From an uncultured Candidatus Binatia bacterium (GTDB lineage Bacteria; Desulfobacterota; Binatia; Bin18): DNA of 64,000 bases. Numbering within the stretch: position 1 is the stretch's first letter; every line of letters starts with the position of its first letter. The notes under the pieces are model-generated. The model had not been told where the DNA came from. It made no database searches and saw nothing but the letters and a program-made list of their open reading frames with translations. The position numbers were made by a program, and so were the translations under genes. Positions 60,349-64,000 of this stretch are shown here, piece by piece. Location of the stretch: assembly GCA_965214605.1 (NCBI GenBank), contig OZ243961.1:2368001-2432000 (forward strand), read 5' to 3'.

Positions 60349-61479
60349 TCATGTCACGTCAATTCCTGCCTGGCCGGCTGTCTGCGGCGGCGAGAGGAGA
60401 GCCTGAGCGACGTCTTTATCGCAGCTCGGTGCCTGGCCAAAGACCTTCTCCCATACGGGCGCGGTTTCCATACACATATACAGGGGCACGCTGGGGGCGG
60501 CGTGTCTGAGCCAGCGGCTGAGGGTCCGGTACATTTTGACCCGTAGGGGTTGAAAGGTCCGCCACTTCCCGTCCGCGCAGCGCACCTGTTCGCCCGACAG
60601 GAGACGGGTCTGAGGGAAACGGCGGCGCAGTGTGGCGCGCAGGGACGGGGTGAGACGTAGGCTGCCGAGGCTGAGCCAGGCCACGCGGCGTGGATCAATG
60701 GCCGAAAAGAGGTGGTCGATGGTCTGGCGATAGCCGGCCTGCCAGTCGGGATATTCAATCAGCGGATCAAAATGAAAACCGAGCCGGTAGCCGGCCCGCT
60801 CGACCTGACGGGCCGCTTCGAGGCGTTCGGCAAACGACGCGGTGCCATGTTCTTCCGCCTCCACAATCTCGGCTGGCGTGATCGTCCACGACACCACGGT
60901 TCGGTCCTTGGGGTCGAGTTTGAGCAGACCTGCTACGCAGTCGGTCTTGGTTTTGAGTTCGAGCACGACGTTTTTACGCTGGGCAAAAAACGGCACGAGG
61001 TCGGCCGAGAAATCGAGGAGCGGGTCAAGGGCCAGGCTGTCGGATAATTCTCCGGTCCCGATGCGGAATTGCTTCCACGGCTGCCGATCAACCGTGGCCG
61101 CAACCTCGTCTAGTAAGTCGCCCACATTGGTGTAAACGGTCAGAAGCGGGTTGTTGGCCAGATAGTCCTGGAGAAAGCAGTAGCTGCAGTCCATGGGGCA
61201 GTTTGAGATGAGGCTGACCACCAAGTAGTTACAGCACACCAAACCAGGAGTTCCGGCTGGACAGTGTTCAAGAAAGCGGGAGCGGTTGCGGGTCAACAAG
61301 AGGCGTTTTTTCCCCGCTGTAAACGGGTCTGGCAGCCCGCCGGCAGGAATCCAGGCTGCCCGGCCTTTGTCCACGCTGCAGACCGGCAGATGGGGCAGGC
61401 GTTGTCGCACGCGCTGGACAACAGGCGCGTTTTCTTCGCCCCGTTCAATCAGAATTTCCTGCGGGTGATAGTGTCGCAT
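60349..61479 (-). CDS. Spore photoproduct lyase (SplB)-like radical SAM protein
   Basis: CPMDCSYC, extra Cys in CPAGT...CCNY, RIGTGELSDSL, LELKTK, GFHFDPLI and YMCME. Confidence 0.88.
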   Translation of the reverse strand: MRHYHPQEILIERGEENAPVVQRVRQRLPHLPVCSVDKGRAAWIPAGGLPDPFTAGKKRLLLTRNRSRFLEHCPAGTPGLVCCNYLVVSLISNCPMDCSYCFLQDYLANNPLLTVYTNVGDLLDEVAATVDRQPWKQFRIGTGELSDSLALDPLLDFSADLVPFFAQRKNVVLELKTKTDCVAGLLKLDPKDRTVVSWTITPAEIVEAEEHGTASFAERLEAARQVERAGYRLGFHFDPLIEYPDWQAGYRQTIDHLFSAIDPRRVAWLSLGSLRLTPSLRATLRRRFPQTRLLSGEQVRCADGKWRTFQPLRVKMYRTLSRWLRHAAPSVPLYMCMETAPVWEKVFGQAPSCDKDVAQALLSPPQTAGQAGIDVT

Positions 61480-61491
61480 AGCGGAGGGCGA

Positions 61492-61520
61492 AGCATAAAA
61501 CGTCAAGGCCGAAACGTCAA
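61492..61520 (-). promoter_or_regulatory. Putative internal sigma-70 promoter with TTGACGTTT direct repeats
   Basis: Minus strand TTGACG-N17-TATGCT. TTGACGTTT occurs twice at 14-nt period (61498-61506 and 61512-61520). Confidence 0.55.
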
Positions 61521-61536
61521 ACCGGCACCGCTGCCC

Positions 61537-62070
61537 TCAAACCTCATCAAGCAGGCCGAAGAGGTGGTGGAATGAGCCGTCTGTGAGGCGTTGCCGGAGG
61601 CGGGACAGGACAGTCTCAAGATCTTCGGCGCTCTTGACTCTGACTTCGAGCGTTACCTCATCGCCTTCAAAGGCGGGCGGAAAAGTGATGCGGACCTGGC
61701 GGCCAAGGCCGAGTGCTTTGACACAGGACCGCAGCTCGTGTTCTAAACGGGCAATACGCGGGTAGCGCAGTTTGCGCAGCGCTTCCTTGACCGCTTTGAG
61801 CTTATCATTGCGGGATTGCCTGCGTTGTAACGGGTGCCGTATCTCTGGCCGCTGCAAGACCGTCGCAATATTTCCCCCGTCTCGCAGCACAATCTCTTCC
61901 AACCAATCAAGAAAGTCTCGGACCTGATTCTCGCCGAGTTGAAGATCATGGGCCAGACTGAGAAGCGCGTGTTGGTCGGACTCAGCCCACGCCTGCCAGC
62001 GGGTGAGCGTGGGCTGAGTCAAACGCTTTTGCTCAGCATACCTCTGAAGAGACGGACCCGTTGTCGCCAT
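61537..62070 (-). CDS. Hypothetical helical protein resembling the C-terminal part of ParB-like proteins
   Basis: LQLGENQVRDFLDWLEEIVLRD...LRKLRYPRIARLE...ITFPPAFEGD. No ParB N-terminal motif is visible. Confidence 0.7.
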   Translation of the reverse strand: MATTGPSLQRYAEQKRLTQPTLTRWQAWAESDQHALLSLAHDLQLGENQVRDFLDWLEEIVLRDGGNIATVLQRPEIRHPLQRRQSRNDKLKAVKEALRKLRYPRIARLEHELRSCVKALGLGRQVRITFPPAFEGDEVTLEVRVKSAEDLETVLSRLRQRLTDGSFHHLFGLLDEV

Positions 62071-62095
62071 ACCACTCTCGGTGTTCTCTGAGGGC

Positions 62096-62929
62096 TTACC
62101 TCTCCCCTCCGTAGGCTGCTGCCAGCCGCTCGTACGCCTGTCCGCTCTTGCCCCGTTTGCGCGCTCCTCGGGCCAGAACAGCACATTTTTCGTGCAAGAC
62201 CCTGACGGTCAAGCGGCGCTGTTCGGCGGACAGGAGCCCGGAGTCCAGCAGCTTTTGGAGCGCTCTGACCCGAAATCGATCCATGCCCCAGAACCGGTGT
62301 GAGAGTTGGTCTGGATGCCCGCCGCGTTTGATGACCAGGGGCGTATCAAGCAGATGGATGGGCTGAGTCGCCCCAATCCGCAGCCACAGGTCGTAGTCTT
62401 CGCAGGCCGGCAGGCACGGGTCAAAGCCGCCAACCCGATCGAATAATGCTCGGCCCAGCATGACGGCCGAGGGACTGACCAAACACCGCTCAAGGCTGCG
62501 GGCAAAAATGTCTCCGCCCGTCTTGCGGTGCTTGGCGTGTGGATTGACCCGCACGCCGCGGCGGAGCCAGATTTCCTCAGTTTGACAGATGGACGCCTGG
62601 GGATGCGTGCTCAAGAAGGCCAGTTGGCGCTCTAGCTTGGGCGGTTGCCACACATCGTCTGAATCTAGGAAGGCCAGGTAGGGCCCGCTGCTGAGGGCGA
62701 CACCGGTGTTGCGGGCGCTCGAAACGCCCTGGTTGGCCTGACGAACGTAGCGCATGCTCGGACAGACCGACGAGAAGTCGGCGACGATCGTCGCGGTATC
62801 GTCATCCGATCCGTCATCGACCACGATCAGCTCAAAGTCCTGATAGGTCTGGGCCACAACCGAGGCAATTGCTTCCCGCACATACTCGCGTCGGTTATAG
62901 GTGGGAATGATGACAGACACCGTGGGCAT
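62096..62929 (-). CDS. Glycosyltransferase family 2
   Basis: VSVIIPTYNR, VVDDGSDD, GVSSARN, AFLDSDD and EDYDLWLR. Subfamily-like motifs QTEEIW...RVNP..KH and GGHPDQLS. Confidence 0.95.
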   Translation of the reverse strand: MPTVSVIIPTYNRREYVREAIASVVAQTYQDFELIVVDDGSDDDTATIVADFSSVCPSMRYVRQANQGVSSARNTGVALSSGPYLAFLDSDDVWQPPKLERQLAFLSTHPQASICQTEEIWLRRGVRVNPHAKHRKTGGDIFARSLERCLVSPSAVMLGRALFDRVGGFDPCLPACEDYDLWLRIGATQPIHLLDTPLVIKRGGHPDQLSHRFWGMDRFRVRALQKLLDSGLLSAEQRRLTVRVLHEKCAVLARGARKRGKSGQAYERLAAAYGGER

Positions 62930-62940
62930 GACAACGACTC

Positions 62941-63522
62941 TCAGCGTCCCCGCTCGGCAAACGCCTCAAGGACGGTCCACAGCGCGTCTTTACCGGTGCC
63001 GTCTTGGGCAGAAAACAGGAGGGGGGGAGAGCCGCTGAGGCGTGTCCCCAGAGCCTGACGCTGGCGCTCGCGTTGAGAGCGTTTCAGTTTGTCACACTTG
63101 GTTGCTACCACCACAAAGGGCCGGTGGTGGTGGGCTAGGAACTCGCACAGCGTGTACTCTTCGTCTTCCGGCCCGCGCCGTAGATCGACAAGAATGACGA
63201 CCCCGCACAGATTGGCGGCGTGTATCAGATAGTGTTCAATCAGGGATTGCCACGCCGAGCGGTCCTGCTTCGAAACCTTGGCATAGCCGTAGCCGGGCAG
63301 GTCAACAAAGGTCAGGGCGCGATTGACGACAAAGAAGTTCAGCTGCTGAGTCCGCCCCGGAGTACGGCCGGTGCGAGCAAGCTTACGATTGAGCAGGCGG
63401 TTGATCAGCGAGGATTTCCCGACATTCGAGCGACCGGCAAACGCGATCTCGGGATAGGGCAGTGCGGGGATCCTGCCCGGTTTTACCGCGGCCCCGACAA
63501 ATTCAACGCCTGAGACTTTCAT
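62941..63522 (-). CDS. engB: Ribosome biogenesis GTPase YihA/YsxC
   Basis: PEIAFAGRSNVGKSSLIN, TPGRTQ, DLPGYGYAK and TKCDKL. Confidence 0.96.
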   Translation of the reverse strand: MKVSGVEFVGAAVKPGRIPALPYPEIAFAGRSNVGKSSLINRLLNRKLARTGRTPGRTQQLNFFVVNRALTFVDLPGYGYAKVSKQDRSAWQSLIEHYLIHAANLCGVVILVDLRRGPEDEEYTLCEFLAHHHRPFVVVATKCDKLKRSQRERQRQALGTRLSGSPPLLFSAQDGTGKDALWTVLEAFAERGR

Positions 63523-63660
63523 GTGGTGCAGCCTGTGCAAGTCCTCGCATTGCAGCCCGGTCTCATTAAGGGAATTCACTCGGAGGCCGTGGGTTCCCTC
63601 TTCCTTCTGTGCTCCTTTTGCGCTAGTGAGAAGCACACTGCCACAGAGTGAGTGTCTGCC

Positions 63661-64000
63661 ATGAATCAATTCTCCGGGCTGTTGATTACCGCCCTGTCCG
63701 TCTTAGTAGCCGCGATTGTTTCGGGCCTGCGCCTCAAACCCTATATCGAGGCCGGAGCGGAACGGACGCCGGCTTCGTTTATGCTGTATCCGGTGCTCGT
63801 CACGCTGGCCATCACCGTACCGACCGTCTTTCTGCTGCGCAAGGTCCAGGGCAAGAAAGACATTGACATCGGTCCGATCAGGTTCAATGACCGAATGCCG
63901 TTTATTGCCCTCGGATGTATTGTCTATGCGGTGATTTCGCTGGCCTTTTTCTACGATCGGGCCCCGGTTCCGACGGGCCTGCCTTCCTCCCAGCCTTCCC
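63661..64000 (+). CDS. Hypothetical membrane protein (partial)
   Basis: Not in the track. The frame is open from ATG 63661 to the edge (MNQFSGLLITALSVLVAAIVSGLRL...) with three hydrophobic segments. Confidence 0.65.
   Translation, partial: MNQFSGLLITALSVLVAAIVSGLRLKPYIEAGAERTPASFMLYPVLVTLAITVPTVFLLRKVQGKKDIDIGPIRFNDRMPFIALGCIVYAVISLAFFYDRAPVPTGLPSSQPS

Overview
A GC-rich bacterial chromosomal segment with about 50 intact genes. These include housekeeping genes (clpB, hflK/hflC, gpmI, engB), scattered catabolic enzymes, a TetR-RND efflux operon and a DUF58/vWA cluster. The catabolic enzymes are catechol 2,3-dioxygenase, two LLM oxidoreductases, a CoA transferase, a ThDP enzyme, a CocE hydrolase and HyuB. 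Gene style suggests a deltaproteobacteria-like lineage such as Candidatus Binatia, but this is inference only. The intact genes alternate with heavily decayed remnants: GST, DUF2335, a methyltransferase, IS630, a type I RM hsdM/hsdS pair, and possibly ParE and IS66. One GmrSD-type (DUF262+DUF1524) nuclease is intact. I saw no rRNA, tRNA or CRISPR array. The best candidates for undescribed biology are: (1) a co-oriented GT2 / helical unknown protein / spore-photoproduct-lyase-like radical SAM / flavin reductase module; (2) an unknown-family protein behind a clear sigma-54 promoter with a tandem repeat in its leader; (3) an isolated, tentatively CmuC-like protein; (4) a TraB/GumN gene whose signal peptide can only be made from an ACG start; (5) ArsS coupled to an LLM oxidoreductase. 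All family calls come from motif recognition by eye, not database searches.
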